Source: Clostridiales bacterium
Lineage (GTDB): Bacteria > Bacillota > Clostridia > Saccharofermentanales > Saccharofermentanaceae
Direction of reading: 5' to 3'
Length of the DNA stretch: 64,000 bases
Assembly (NCBI GenBank): GCA_017561715.1
Contig: JAFZBN010000011.1
Span: forward strand, 18,294-82,293
The notes beneath the pieces are model-generated. The model saw only the letters and a program-made list of their open reading frames with translations, was not told the origin of the DNA and searched no databases. Below, in pieces: positions 53,950-63,669 of this stretch. How positions within the stretch are numbered: position 1 is the first letter of the stretch; each line of letters begins with the position of its first letter. Made by a program: the position numbers and the translations under genes.

Positions 53950-55560
53950 ATGAGTGAAATCTATGTTGTCGGACACAAGAATCCCGACACCGATACCGTC
54001 GTATCCGCGATGGCATATGCCGCGCTGAAGCACGCGCTCGGCGAGCAGGACTATACCGCCGCCCGTCTCGACCATTTAAGCGATGAGACGAAGCGCATGC
54101 TCGCAAGATTCGGTTTTGAGACGCCGATCCGGATCCGCGACGTAAGAACCCAGGTCCGCGATCTGGACTTCGATACACCGCCGGCATTAAATGCTCAGGT
54201 CACATTGGATAAGGCATGGAGAACGATGTCCGAGGACAAGATCTCCGTCATTCCCGTCATCAACGAAGACGGAACTCTTTACGGCACACTTTCTTCCGGC
54301 GACATCGCCTCCTACAACATGGAGACGATCAACAACCCGCATATCGACAACCTTCCGCTCTTTAACCTCTTAAGCGTTCTGGAAGCGCGGATCGTTAACG
54401 AATGCGACACCACCACGGATTCCATTTCCGGCGAGATCTGCATCGCGCTTCCGCAGAACAACGAGAACCTCCTGTTCTCTTCCAAAGACAGTATCGTCTT
54501 CTGCGGCAATCAGCCGGATATGGTCAAACGCGCTCTGGATATTGGCGTCAACTGTCTGATCCTCTGCCAGACCGACGTAGATCCGTCCTGGTTCTCCGAA
54601 AAGACAAGCACGTGCGTGATCTCCACGCCGCTTGACGCCAGCAAGGCAGCCAAGCTCATCTATCAGGCGCTCCCGATCTCCCGTGCGTGCTACACCGGCG
54701 AGATCCAGTGCTTTCACCTCGATAACTACATCGATGACGTTAAGGAAGTCGTCTTAAAGAGCCGTTTCAGAAGTTACCCGGTACTCGACGAGAACGACAA
54801 GGTCATCGGTACTCTCGCGAGATTCCATCTCCTTCGTCCGAGAAGGAAGAAGGTCGTACTTGTCGACCACAACGAGCTCGCGCAGTCCGTTCCGGGCCTC
54901 GAGCAGGCAGAGATCTTAGGGATCATCGACCACCACAGACTCGCGGATATCCAGACCACGCAGCCGATCGCCATGCGAAATGAACCTGTCGGCAGCACGA
55001 ATACGATCATCACGGAGCTTTACCAGGAGAACGGTGTCATGCCGTCCCCGAAGATGGCCGGCCTGATGTGCGCCGCGATCCTTTCCGATACGGTCATGTT
55101 CAAGTCTCCAACATGTACACAGAGAGATATCGCGATGGCAGAGCGTCTCGCGCGTATCGCCGGTGTAAGTATCGACGAGCTCGGTCACGACCTGTTCAAC
55201 GCATCTTTCGACACCAAGACCGTCGAAGATCTTATGAAGTCCGACTTCAAGGAATTCCACATCGCCGAGCATACTCTCGGTGTCGCGCAGATCGTCTGCA
55301 TCGATTCTTTCAAGATGCTCGACCGCAAGGACGAGTTCATCGCTCACATGAATACGCTTCGTACTGAGCGCGGCTATGACTTCGTAATCCTGATGCTCAC
55401 GGATGTCCTTCAGGAAGGTACCGAACTTCTTTACGTCGGCGACGATGACACCATCCGCTTCGCCTTTAACGTCGAACCGAAGGACAATCACGTATTCCTG
55501 CCGGGCGTCATGTCGAGAAAGAAACAGATCATCCCGATGCTTACCGCATTGTGGGGTTAA
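53950..55560 (+). CDS. ppaC: Family II (DHH) inorganic pyrophosphatase with a CBS/DRTGG insertion
   Basis: MSEIYVVGHKNPDTDTVVSAMAYA (DHH motifs I-II), an internal CBS pair plus a DRTGG-like region, DHH (IIDHHR), and the C-terminal DHHA2 domain. Confidence 0.88.
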   Translation: MSEIYVVGHKNPDTDTVVSAMAYAALKHALGEQDYTAARLDHLSDETKRMLARFGFETPIRIRDVRTQVRDLDFDTPPALNAQVTLDKAWRTMSEDKISVIPVINEDGTLYGTLSSGDIASYNMETINNPHIDNLPLFNLLSVLEARIVNECDTTTDSISGEICIALPQNNENLLFSSKDSIVFCGNQPDMVKRALDIGVNCLILCQTDVDPSWFSEKTSTCVISTPLDASKAAKLIYQALPISRACYTGEIQCFHLDNYIDDVKEVVLKSRFRSYPVLDENDKVIGTLARFHLLRPRRKKVVLVDHNELAQSVPGLEQAEILGIIDHHRLADIQTTQPIAMRNEPVGSTNTIITELYQENGVMPSPKMAGLMCAAILSDTVMFKSPTCTQRDIAMAERLARIAGVSIDELGHDLFNASFDTKTVEDLMKSDFKEFHIAEHTLGVAQIVCIDSFKMLDRKDEFIAHMNTLRTERGYDFVILMLTDVLQEGTELLYVGDDDTIRFAFNVEPKDNHVFLPGVMSRKKQIIPMLTALWG

Positions 55561-55603
55561 AACAAAAAAAACAGAAGCCAAATCAAAGACAGGAGGGGTT
55601 GCC

Positions 55604-56248
55604 ATGTCTGAGATCAAAGAGAATCAAAAGCGTATCTCTATCGCCGGAAAACAGATCTATGTGTTGTCGTGGGTTTCTTTCGCCACTTCTCTTCTTTGGA
55701 TCTGTCGTTCAATCTTTTTCTTGGCGTTATCACTATCTTCTGCTCAAAAATGCATAACCGTCTTGTCAGTTATTCTGTTCGCTTTCAACTTTGCTTTTGC
55801 GTGCGGTCTGTTTTCTCTTGCCCGACAGTCAAAAGCTTTCATCTTGTCAGGGATCTTTCTGATCCTTGCTTCGGCAGCGGATCTGCTGACATGGTCATGC
55901 ATTAACAGCACCGTCATACTCATCGTATTCTACCCGATCTACATTCTTTTTATACCCATATTCCTGACACTTCTTTGCAAAGGCATGATGACGATCGTCG
56001 AGCATACCAACGGGGACACCTATTACAAGTGGATACCCTACAGAAGCGCTTTCATCTTTCTTTATGCCGCAAGAATACTGTGCGTAGTTGCCATTTTAGT
56101 TCCGGGCATGGGCGCGTTTTATGAATTCATCATAATTTGCTTTTCCGTACTGACACTCATCACTTACGCGACCTCGTTCTGGCGGTTTTTCCTTTTACGC
56201 AAAACGTCGCAAGAATTGGAAGAATACAGTAAGCTCACCATCGAGTAA
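55604..56248 (+). CDS. Polytopic membrane protein, unknown function
   Basis: The start at the ATG at 55604 has AGGAGGGG upstream. The track ORF is extended upstream into ppaC. About six hydrophobic segments. Confidence 0.55.
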   Translation: MSEIKENQKRISIAGKQIYVLSWVSFATSLLWICRSIFFLALSLSSAQKCITVLSVILFAFNFAFACGLFSLARQSKAFILSGIFLILASAADLLTWSCINSTVILIVFYPIYILFIPIFLTLLCKGMMTIVEHTNGDTYYKWIPYRSAFIFLYAARILCVVAILVPGMGAFYEFIIICFSVLTLITYATSFWRFFLLRKTSQELEEYSKLTIE

Positions 56249-56370
56249 GTAATTCGAGTTAAATAATGACAATCCTCGCGCTTTTGTCAGCAGTTGTCTG
56301 AAAACCGGCCATCTTTTAACTTCCTTTCTGGCGTACAATCAGAGCCATCCCACAAATAGAGGTACGGAAC

Positions 56371-57129
56371 ATGATTGCCGCTGAATTCTACAAGATCGCA
56401 TTACTGACAAGAAAACTGAATCTTTCGTATATCCACGCATCACCTACCGAAGCCACCTTAAAGATCGGAACAAAATGCATTAATGGCAAGAATGTACAAG
56501 TGCTCCGGATATATTCTGATAGCGACAAAAAACACAAGAAAGAGTTTCGTCTAGATTCGTCAAATGCAGATGAATGGAAAGATCTTCTGATCGAACAACA
56601 AAGGCGCGCAAATATCGAGACAAATCTGAAGTTCCGAAGCGAACTGGAAAACAGAAGTTTGAAACTGGATCTTCTTAGGAAAGTCGAGCAGCGTTTTTCA
56701 AAAGCTGCATTTGATCGCCTTATTGAGCGCAACGATCCCTCGATCAAGAAGGGACACATGTATGATGGGCATTGTTTTCGATCCAAATCTGAAGTCATGA
56801 TCGCGCAGATCATAAATGACTTAGGATTGGAATACAAATATGAGGTTGAAATCGCCATCGGCTCAAAAACTTACTATGCCGACTTCGCCGTCTACTGCCA
56901 CGAGACCGGCCGATTCTTTTTTATCGAACACTTTGGTCTAATGGGCGATGATGAGTACAGAACTCATACATTCCAAAAAATTACAGTATATTCCCGAAGC
57001 GGCCTGATCGAAGGTCTGGATATTCTCTACACTTTTGAGAACTCAGATGGTTCTTTCTACACTGACGTTTACAAGGGTAAGATTCTTAGCGTTATCATCT
57101 CACAAGTGATAACTATGACAAATCAGTGA
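56371..57129 (+). CDS. Hypothetical protein with a C-terminal restriction-endonuclease-like region; paralog of 5702..6454
   Basis: FRSKSEVMIAQIINDLGLEYKYEVEIAIGSKTYYADFAVYCHETGRFFFIEHFGLMGDDEY...GLDILYTFE aligns along its length with the C-terminal half of the 5702..6454 product. Confidence 0.55.
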   Translation: MIAAEFYKIALLTRKLNLSYIHASPTEATLKIGTKCINGKNVQVLRIYSDSDKKHKKEFRLDSSNADEWKDLLIEQQRRANIETNLKFRSELENRSLKLDLLRKVEQRFSKAAFDRLIERNDPSIKKGHMYDGHCFRSKSEVMIAQIINDLGLEYKYEVEIAIGSKTYYADFAVYCHETGRFFFIEHFGLMGDDEYRTHTFQKITVYSRSGLIEGLDILYTFENSDGSFYTDVYKGKILSVIISQVITMTNQ

Positions 57130-57200
57130 GCAATGTATTTCTTTGAGCCCTTTCTTTGGCATCCCGTCACGGTCGGAAACTTTTTCCTTCTTTTACAAAA

Positions 57201-57435
57201 GTCTCTGTAACTGTCTCTAAAACTGCTTCTACAGAGACTGTTTCAGAGGATTTCGACGTTTTCCTCTGTTTTTGTCTCTAAAACTGCCTCTACAGAGACT
57301 ATTTCAGAGGATTTCGACGTTTTCCTCTGTTTTTGTCTCTGTAACCGCCTCTACAGAGACTGTTTCAGAGGATTTCGACATTTTCCTCTGTTTTTGTCTC
57401 TAAAACTGCTTCTACAGAGACTGTTTCAGAGGATT
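57201..57435. repeat. 61-bp tandem repeat, about 3.7 copies, two hairpins per unit
   Basis: Units start at 57213, 57274, 57335 and 57396 (the last is partial), plus a 12-nt partial unit at 57201. The unit is GTCTCTAAAACTGCTTCTACAGAGACTGTTTCAGAGGATTTCGACGTTTTCCTCTGTTTTT. Hairpin A is GTCTCT...AGAGAC and hairpin B is CAGAGGA-11 nt-TCCTCTG followed by T5. There are only a few substitutions between units. Confidence 0.9.
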
Positions 57436-57451
57436 CTTGCGCATCTCCCCC

Positions 57452-58564
57452 TCACTCCTCCGTCACTTCGCACTTTCTGACCTTTCTCCAGTTAAGAAGA
57501 ATGATCGTCGTAATGACCACGACTTCGGAGATCAAGGTACCGATCACCGCGGAAGATGTTACGCGGTAGAAGTGCTGTCCCTCTCCCCACATGCACTGGT
57601 TCACGACGAGGATCACGCCGGCATTGACCAGCATACCGAAAACAAAGGCTCCCGCGTTCAGTATCAGGACCTCAGACGCGATCTTTCGGAAGATCTGTCC
57701 GCGCGTAAATCCAAGCGCCTTGTAAATCGCAAACTCGTGCTTTCTCTTATCATATGCCGCCGTAAAGACCGCATTGATCGTCACCAGCAGAACAATCGCG
57801 ACTAAGATAACGATAACGGCGAAAATGAAGTACATGAATCCCATCTCTTCCTCCACTGCACCGACATAAGAACTAGCCGTTTCAAATGTACAAAGCGGAT
57901 ACTTGGCCGATAGCTCCTTTACCGTGCGCTGAATGTCAGCTTCGAGATCTTCATCGCAGACTCCGTCACTTCCAAGGATCAGGATCCTGCTGCCATAGGC
58001 AACTTCCGCGACACCATACACACGCATGCCGTCGCCTTTGAAGGTCTTCGCCAGATGGATCGTTTTCTTAGGACTGACCGGATCTCCGATCGACAGTCCC
58101 TCGTTATTCGCGAGCTGCTCGCTCATAGCGACTTCCATGTTGTTAAGGACAAGATCATCCGGAACCAGGTGTGTCCGTTCCTTAAACAGTTCGAAGTCCT
58201 CGACACATGTGAAATAGAAACCCTGCATCTGACAGTTGAAGAACATGATCGAATCAAAATCGTAATACACCGAGTTTACATAAATGACCTCGTTTAAGTT
58301 CTCGGGAAGCTCTCCCTTGATCTCTGTATACAGTTTTTCGTATTCCTCGATCGATTCACTGTTATTGCCCTTCAGCGAACAAATGATATACCTGTCGGAT
58401 TCGTTCTTCGATACACGAAAAGTCTCTATCGGATTATCGACATACATGCCGCCGATGAAGCACACCGTGATGAAGGACATCATCAACATCAGCACGAGGC
58501 TTCTCGCCATGTTATTCCGGATATATGTCCATGCGGAAAATGGTCTACTGCGCATATCCGTCAA
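57452..58564 (-). CDS. ABC transporter permease, single FtsX module
   Basis: 370 aa. The N-terminal SAWTYIRNNMARSLVLMLMMSF forms TM1, followed by a large loop and three C-terminal TM segments (FtsX layout). The track start TTG at 58564 overlaps the ATPase stop. The ATG at 58555 is the more likely start. Confidence 0.8.
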   Translation of the reverse strand: MTDMRSRPFSAWTYIRNNMARSLVLMLMMSFITVCFIGGMYVDNPIETFRVSKNESDRYIICSLKGNNSESIEEYEKLYTEIKGELPENLNEVIYVNSVYYDFDSIMFFNCQMQGFYFTCVEDFELFKERTHLVPDDLVLNNMEVAMSEQLANNEGLSIGDPVSPKKTIHLAKTFKGDGMRVYGVAEVAYGSRILILGSDGVCDEDLEADIQRTVKELSAKYPLCTFETASSYVGAVEEEMGFMYFIFAVIVILVAIVLLVTINAVFTAAYDKRKHEFAIYKALGFTRGQIFRKIASEVLILNAGAFVFGMLVNAGVILVVNQCMWGEGQHFYRVTSSAVIGTLISEVVVITTIILLNWRKVRKCEVTEE

Positions 58565-59235
58565 GCTCCCTTCGTTGATACTTCAGAGATGGCTCCGTCC
58601 CAGATCTTTACGATCATGTCGGCGTCCTGGATGATACTGGTATCGTGCGTGATGACCAGAACGAGTCTGTCCTTGGAATACTCTTTTAATCTGTCCATAA
58701 CGAGAAACGCATTCTCATGGTCCAGCGATGCCGTCGGCTCATCCGCGAAAAGCACCTTCGGGTCATTCATCATCGCTCTGGCGATGGCGACTCTCTGTCT
58801 TTGGCCTCCGGAAAGTTTCGTCGGCTTATGACGAAGTTCGCTCTTTTTCAGTCCGATCTCAAGAAGAAGTTTTTCCGCCTTTTCCCTGGCCTCGTTGACC
58901 GGGATCGTCGATGCGATCGTCGCGTTATCGAGCGCCGTCATGTAGTTGATGAGATAGTGTCTCTGGAACACGAATCCGAACTCATATCTTCGAAGATGCT
59001 GCTTCTCCGAGTCGCTTATGGACATCAGTGATTTGCCGTTATAAAGAACGTCTCCGGAAGTCAGTTTCTTCAGTGTCGACATCGTATACATCAGCGTGGA
59101 TTTGCCGGAACCCGAAGGTCCGATGATTCCGACCAGGCCTTTATCCGGGAAAGTGATATTCATGCTGCGCATCGCGTACACCTTTTCTTCCTTGTCCATA
59201 TCGTAGATCATGTTGGCGTCTTTTAATTCAAACAT
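58561..59235 (-). CDS. ABC transporter ATP-binding protein
   Basis: Walker A GPSGSGKST, signature LSGGQRQR, Walker B VLFADEPT. RBS AAGGAG upstream. Confidence 0.92.
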   Translation of the reverse strand: MFELKDANMIYDMDKEEKVYAMRSMNITFPDKGLVGIIGPSGSGKSTLMYTMSTLKKLTSGDVLYNGKSLMSISDSEKQHLRRYEFGFVFQRHYLINYMTALDNATIASTIPVNEAREKAEKLLLEIGLKKSELRHKPTKLSGGQRQRVAIARAMMNDPKVLFADEPTASLDHENAFLVMDRLKEYSKDRLVLVITHDTSIIQDADMIVKIWDGAISEVSTKGA

Positions 59236-59288
59236 CTTCTTTGCTCCTTTATTCTTCTCTATCGATCCCTATCGAAAAGCACTTGTCC

Positions 59289-60479
59289 TTATGACTCGAT
59301 CGTGTCGATCGTCTGTATCTTTCTCATTCCGTTGAAGATCGGTATCTGAGAGAAACCGATCAATGCCAGGAACACTACACCTATTCTCGGTAACGCGGCT
59401 GGTCTCCAAACCTTGATGATGATGCCCAATGGATCATATAAGAATGTCTTCAATCCGAAAACGACCAGTGAGCACAAAACCGCTCCCACAACGATCGACA
59501 AAGCGATACATATCAGTATCTCTTTTAATGCCATCACATAGATCTCACCGGTCGAAAAGCCGATAGAATTCAGAAGGCACCACTCGTTATGTCTGTCCAT
59601 GATATGAAGCGCGAGGACCACCGAAACACAGATCAGAAGAAGCGCGCCGGATACTGCGGTCAACAGCGTCTGTACAATGCCCATCGATCCCAGACTATCC
59701 TCGTGATTCACTTTTGCTCTTTCTATCGTTTTGTAGTACCAGACCTCATAGCCCTGCTTTTCGAGAAGTACGCTGCCATTGACCGTACTTCCCTCTTCGA
59801 TCATGACCAGTATATTGATATCGTTTTCTCCCGGCTGCTCGATACCGAATGCCAGATAGTAGTCAGAATCCACGATACCGACGACCTCGTATTTATTTCC
59901 CAGATACTCGAGAAGCTCATTATCGTTACTGTGGTTTTTCTCAAGTTTCTTATCGACCAGGATCTCTCCCGCTTTTTCCGGCATTCTTCCCGAAACAAGC
60001 TTCGCGTCCATATGCGAAAGATAATCTTCGCAGTCCGATGTATTCTCGAAAAGAAAACAGTCCATACTGCTGTTTCCGATCACGGAATTCAGTATCACAT
60101 ACTGCCACGCAAATGGTTTGGCATCGATCACACCGTCTTCTTTGGAGATAGCTTCCGCCGCAGATCTGGCGCGCGCCCAGGCCTCCTCCATATATTCTTC
60201 ATCTGATTCGTAATCCTCACCGTTCATCCCGAGAGTTGATGATACGATCTGAAGGCGTTCATACGGGGCAACATCACCCGCGTAAAACGGCTCGTCCATT
60301 CCTCCGATCACGTAATTAACGACATACATCATCAGAATAAAAACGGAAAGACTGACGATGAGCGCAGTCGTTCTCACTCGGTTATTCCGTATATAAGGCC
60401 ATGGGGAAAGCTTCGATCTTGCTTTGTTCATTTCCTTTTCCGTTTCTCCTTTAATCTCACGCGAAAAGCGCATTTCCAA
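59289..60479 (-). CDS. ABC transporter permease, single FtsX module
   Basis: SPWPYIRNNRVRTTALIVSLSVF is paralogous to the N-terminus of 57452..58564, with three TM segments at the C-terminus. The track start is a TTG. The ATG at 60431 (MNKARSK), preceded by AAAGGAG, is the more likely start. Confidence 0.8.
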   Translation of the reverse strand: MEMRFSREIKGETEKEMNKARSKLSPWPYIRNNRVRTTALIVSLSVFILMMYVVNYVIGGMDEPFYAGDVAPYERLQIVSSTLGMNGEDYESDEEYMEEAWARARSAAEAISKEDGVIDAKPFAWQYVILNSVIGNSSMDCFLFENTSDCEDYLSHMDAKLVSGRMPEKAGEILVDKKLEKNHSNDNELLEYLGNKYEVVGIVDSDYYLAFGIEQPGENDINILVMIEEGSTVNGSVLLEKQGYEVWYYKTIERAKVNHEDSLGSMGIVQTLLTAVSGALLLICVSVVLALHIMDRHNEWCLLNSIGFSTGEIYVMALKEILICIALSIVVGAVLCSLVVFGLKTFLYDPLGIIIKVWRPAALPRIGVVFLALIGFSQIPIFNGMRKIQTIDTIES

Positions 60480-60510
60480 CTACACTCACTTTACTAAACC
60501 TGATTCAGAC

Positions 60511-60554
60511 AAAAAAGTGACTCCGGTCACGTTTTAAAACATGACCGGAGTCAT
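60511..60554 (-). terminator. Intrinsic terminator of the purine permease gene
   Basis: A 12-bp perfect stem, TGACTCCGGTCA (60518..60529) pairing with TGACCGGAGTCA (60542..60553). On the minus strand it is followed by TTTTTT (plus-strand A-run 60511..60516). Confidence 0.8.
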
Positions 60555-60593
60555 ATAGATCTCAGTTAGAAGCAAAGTGCTTTTCGCGAAGGA

Positions 60594-62102
60594 TCAGAAC
60601 GCTACGAAGAACTTCACGAGGAAGAGCAGGGACAGAACGTATGTCAGCCAGGAGACATCCTTTGCCTTACCTGTGGATACCTTGATCGCTGTAAAGCTGA
60701 TCAGGGCAAGACCGATACCGTGTCCGATGGAACCGGAAACAGGCATTGCCAGGAGCATAACGCCGACCGGAACGAGTTGAGCCGTATCGCCGAAGTTTAC
60801 ATCCTTGAGGTTACCGAGCATCAGGATACCTACATAGATGAGCGCCGCGGAAGTAGCAGCCGGCGGGATGATCGCCGCGATCGGAGCGATGAACATGCAA
60901 AGCAGGAACATGATGGCTGTAACGAGAGCCGTAAGACCTGTTCTACCGCCTGCCTCAACACCGGAAGCGGACTCTACGAATGTTGTTACTGTGGAAGTAC
61001 CTGTAACGGAACCGGTAACCGTACCGATAGCGTCGGAAAGGAGAGCTTCCTTCATCTTCGGCATATTGCCGTCCTTGTCGAGCATCTTCGCACGGGAAGC
61101 AGTACCTACGAGAGTACCGATTGTATCGAACATATCGATGATGCAGAAGGTAACGACAAGAGTAATGATCGTGAACCAGCCGATCTCCATAAAGCCCTTG
61201 AAGTCGAGCTTAAAGAGTGTGGTATCTACCATATCCTTGAAAGGAGGAACAAAAGATGCTGTCTTCAGGGATTCAAAAGGATTCGTGTCGAAGAAGACCG
61301 CTTCACCGCCCCAGTAGATCACGGAAGAAATAAGCATACCGTAAAGAACGGCGCCCTTTACTTTTTTGTGGTTGAGAGCAACGATAGCGAAAAGGCCGAT
61401 GAACATTGTCGCGACAACGAGGATCATCATGTTATAGCCGTCGCCGATCGTATCTCTTGCGGAGTCTGCCGTGAGAGCACCGAAGAAGTCACGCATCGCG
61501 AAGAAAGGTCCGCCCTTGTCGGTATAAAGTCCGGCATTCGAGCCGAAGCCGATATTCATGAGCATAAGACCGATCGCAGGTCCGATACCGAGACGAACGC
61601 CCAGCGGGATCGCCTCAACGATCTTTTCACGGACATTCAGGATCGAAAGCGCGATAAAGATAACACCTTCGATAAAAACAATGACCAGCGCACTCTGGAA
61701 AGATCTCAGATACGTCATGCCCGTCATGGACATGATGTTCGATACAACGAGTGCGAAGAAACTGTTCAGGCCCATACCCGGAGCCATAACAAACGGTTTG
61801 TTGGCAAGGAATGCCATGCAGATCGTACCGATCGCGGAAGCAATACAGGTCGCAAGGAATACACCATTCCAAAGATCCTGTCCCTCAGCTCCGAAGCCTG
61901 TCAGAAGATTCGGATTCAGCGCAATGATATACGCCATTGTCATGAACGTCGTAAGACCCGCAACGATCTCCGTACGGACCGTCGTACCGTTCTGTTTCAG
62001 CTTAAACACTCTTTCAAAACCCGACTCGTTGGAAGCAGCTGCTTCTTTTTCTTTGGAATCGGCATTGGAAGTCGTTTTCGCTTCTTCTTTTGTTTTTTCC
62101 AT
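60594..62102 (-). CDS. NCS2 family permease (AzgA-like adenine/guanine/hypoxanthine transporter)
   Basis: 502 aa. FKLKQNGTTVRTEIVAGLTTFMTMAYIIALNPNLL is the AzgA-subfamily N-terminal signature. About 13 TM segments. RBS AGGAGGGG upstream. Confidence 0.88.
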   Translation of the reverse strand: MEKTKEEAKTTSNADSKEKEAAASNESGFERVFKLKQNGTTVRTEIVAGLTTFMTMAYIIALNPNLLTGFGAEGQDLWNGVFLATCIASAIGTICMAFLANKPFVMAPGMGLNSFFALVVSNIMSMTGMTYLRSFQSALVIVFIEGVIFIALSILNVREKIVEAIPLGVRLGIGPAIGLMLMNIGFGSNAGLYTDKGGPFFAMRDFFGALTADSARDTIGDGYNMMILVVATMFIGLFAIVALNHKKVKGAVLYGMLISSVIYWGGEAVFFDTNPFESLKTASFVPPFKDMVDTTLFKLDFKGFMEIGWFTIITLVVTFCIIDMFDTIGTLVGTASRAKMLDKDGNMPKMKEALLSDAIGTVTGSVTGTSTVTTFVESASGVEAGGRTGLTALVTAIMFLLCMFIAPIAAIIPPAATSAALIYVGILMLGNLKDVNFGDTAQLVPVGVMLLAMPVSGSIGHGIGLALISFTAIKVSTGKAKDVSWLTYVLSLLFLVKFFVAF

Positions 62103-62166
62103 AAAGTCCCCTCCTTGTTTTTATCGGTGATATTTTTATGATAACGCTTTTGATAAGATACTGCAC

Positions 62167-62214
62167 GAAAAAATACCGCTCCGAATGGTAAAAAATTCGA
62201 AGCGGTTTTTGTTT
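62167..62214 (-). terminator. Terminator-like hairpin downstream of the carboxyltransferase gene
   Basis: Stem ACCGCTCCGAAT (62175..62186) pairs with ATTCGAAGCGGT (62195..62206) with one G-T pair. There are T-runs on both strands. Confidence 0.65.
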
Positions 62215-62267
62215 ACTTTATTATCTTGACTTTTTCCCCGGCGAAAAGCACCGTGGTCTCATCTTGA

Positions 62268-63659
62268 TCACCAGACGACGTTGATCTCCTTGACCTTGTC
62301 CTCTTCCGGTTCTTTCACGCTGTCTCTCTTCTGGATGAATCCCGGAGCGACCTGCGGGAAAAGCGCACAGGACAGTACGTCTTCTTCGGATCTTGCGAAT
62401 TCGGAAACCTCCGCGCGGAGTGTCTCCATCTCGTTCGCGATGTTATCCGCCGGACGGCATTCGATCACCTTCTCGTCACCGATCGCCATCTTTCTGACTT
62501 CTTCGTTGACCTTTCCCGGAAGACGTCCGTACTCACCGCGAAGCAGCATCTTCGACTCCTTCGGGAACGTCTTATAGCGGCCCATCAGGACATTCATGAC
62601 GGCCTGCGATCCGACGATCTGGGAGGTCGGAGTAACCAGTGGCGGGTATCCGAAATCTTCACGAACGCGCGGCACTTCGGCGAGCACTTCTTCGAAGCGG
62701 CTCTCGGCACCTGCCTGCTTGAGCTGGTTAAGAAGGTTCGAGAGCATTCCGCCCGGAACCTGATAGATCAGTGTATTCGGATCGACACGAAGGACCTTCG
62801 GATCGAGGATGCCTTGATCCTGAAGCTTCTGCGCGACGCCCTTAAAGTGCGAAGCTGCCTTCGAAAGCAACGGAAGGTCGAGGCCTGTGTCACGAGGCGT
62901 GCCCTTAAACGCGGCGACCAGAGATTCCGTTGCCGGCTGGGATGTGCCCGTTGCCAGCGGAGAAAGCGCCGTGTCGATGATGTCTACGCCGGCAAGTGCC
63001 GCAGCATAGTAGACCATCGCGCCGGTACCTGTTGTATCGTGTGTATGCAGGTGGATCGGAACATCTACCGCTTCCTTGAGCTTACTTACGAGAGAATACG
63101 CGGTCGACGGCAGGAGCAGGTTCGCCATGTCCTTGATGCAGATCACATCCGCGCCCATCTCAACGAGATCTTTTGCCTGCTTTACAAAATACTCTTCGTT
63201 ATGCACCGGGCTCGTCGTATAGCTTAACGCCGCCTCGCATGTACCGCCGTATTTTTTTACGGCTCGCATCGGGCTCTCCATGTTTCGAACGTCATTCAGA
63301 GCGTCGAATACACGAACGACATTGATGCCTTTTTCGATCATTCTTCCGCAGAAGGACTCGACAACATCGTCCGCATAGTGACGGTATCCCAGAAGGTTCT
63401 GCGCGCGAAGGAGCATCTGAAGAGGTGTCTTCGGCATCGCCTTCTTAAGCGTTCTAAGTCTCTCCCACGGATCCTCATCGAGGAATCTCATGCAGGAGTC
63501 AAATGTCGCGCCGCCCCAGCACTCCAGGGACCAGTATCCCATGTTGTCAAGGATTTCGCACGCCGGAAGCATATCCTCGATGCGCATTCTCGTCGCGGCC
63601 TGCGACTGGTGCGCGTCACGAAGGATCGTATCCGTGATATATAACTTTTTTTCTGGCAT
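62268..63659 (-). CDS. Oxaloacetate decarboxylase alpha / pyruvate carboxylase subunit B / transcarboxylase 5S-type carboxyltransferase (no biotinyl domain)
   Basis: The start at the ATG at 63659 (MPEKKLYITDTILRDAHQSQAATRMR) opens the HMGL-like TIM barrel. HLHTHDTTGTG is also present. The track ORF is extended 18 codons upstream from a GTG. Confidence 0.88.
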   Translation of the reverse strand: MPEKKLYITDTILRDAHQSQAATRMRIEDMLPACEILDNMGYWSLECWGGATFDSCMRFLDEDPWERLRTLKKAMPKTPLQMLLRAQNLLGYRHYADDVVESFCGRMIEKGINVVRVFDALNDVRNMESPMRAVKKYGGTCEAALSYTTSPVHNEEYFVKQAKDLVEMGADVICIKDMANLLLPSTAYSLVSKLKEAVDVPIHLHTHDTTGTGAMVYYAAALAGVDIIDTALSPLATGTSQPATESLVAAFKGTPRDTGLDLPLLSKAASHFKGVAQKLQDQGILDPKVLRVDPNTLIYQVPGGMLSNLLNQLKQAGAESRFEEVLAEVPRVREDFGYPPLVTPTSQIVGSQAVMNVLMGRYKTFPKESKMLLRGEYGRLPGKVNEEVRKMAIGDEKVIECRPADNIANEMETLRAEVSEFARSEEDVLSCALFPQVAPGFIQKRDSVKEPEEDKVKEINVVW

Positions 63660-63669
63660 TTGAAGCATC

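Noticed and set aside
5702-57129. The two same-orientation nuclease-fold paralogs as boundaries of a 50-kb mobile or genomic island.
   Set aside because: The interior is core housekeeping (pur operon, serS, nadD, rsfS, trxA, tRNA-Pro). There is no integrase or transposase, and no flanking direct repeats were seen.
57201-57435. The possibility that the 61-bp repeats form a CRISPR array.
   Set aside because: The units are contiguous with no unique spacers between them, the period is a constant 61 bp, and no cas genes are present. It is a tandem repeat, not a CRISPR array.
62103-62267. A purine riboswitch upstream of the NCS2 purine permease (and upstream of purE, 15942..16103).
   Set aside because: Reading the minus strand, I could not find the conserved purine-aptamer core (P1-J1/2-P2-L2-P3 with the UAUAAU...CCGUAAAU-type junctions). 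This still needs a covariance-model scan to be certain.
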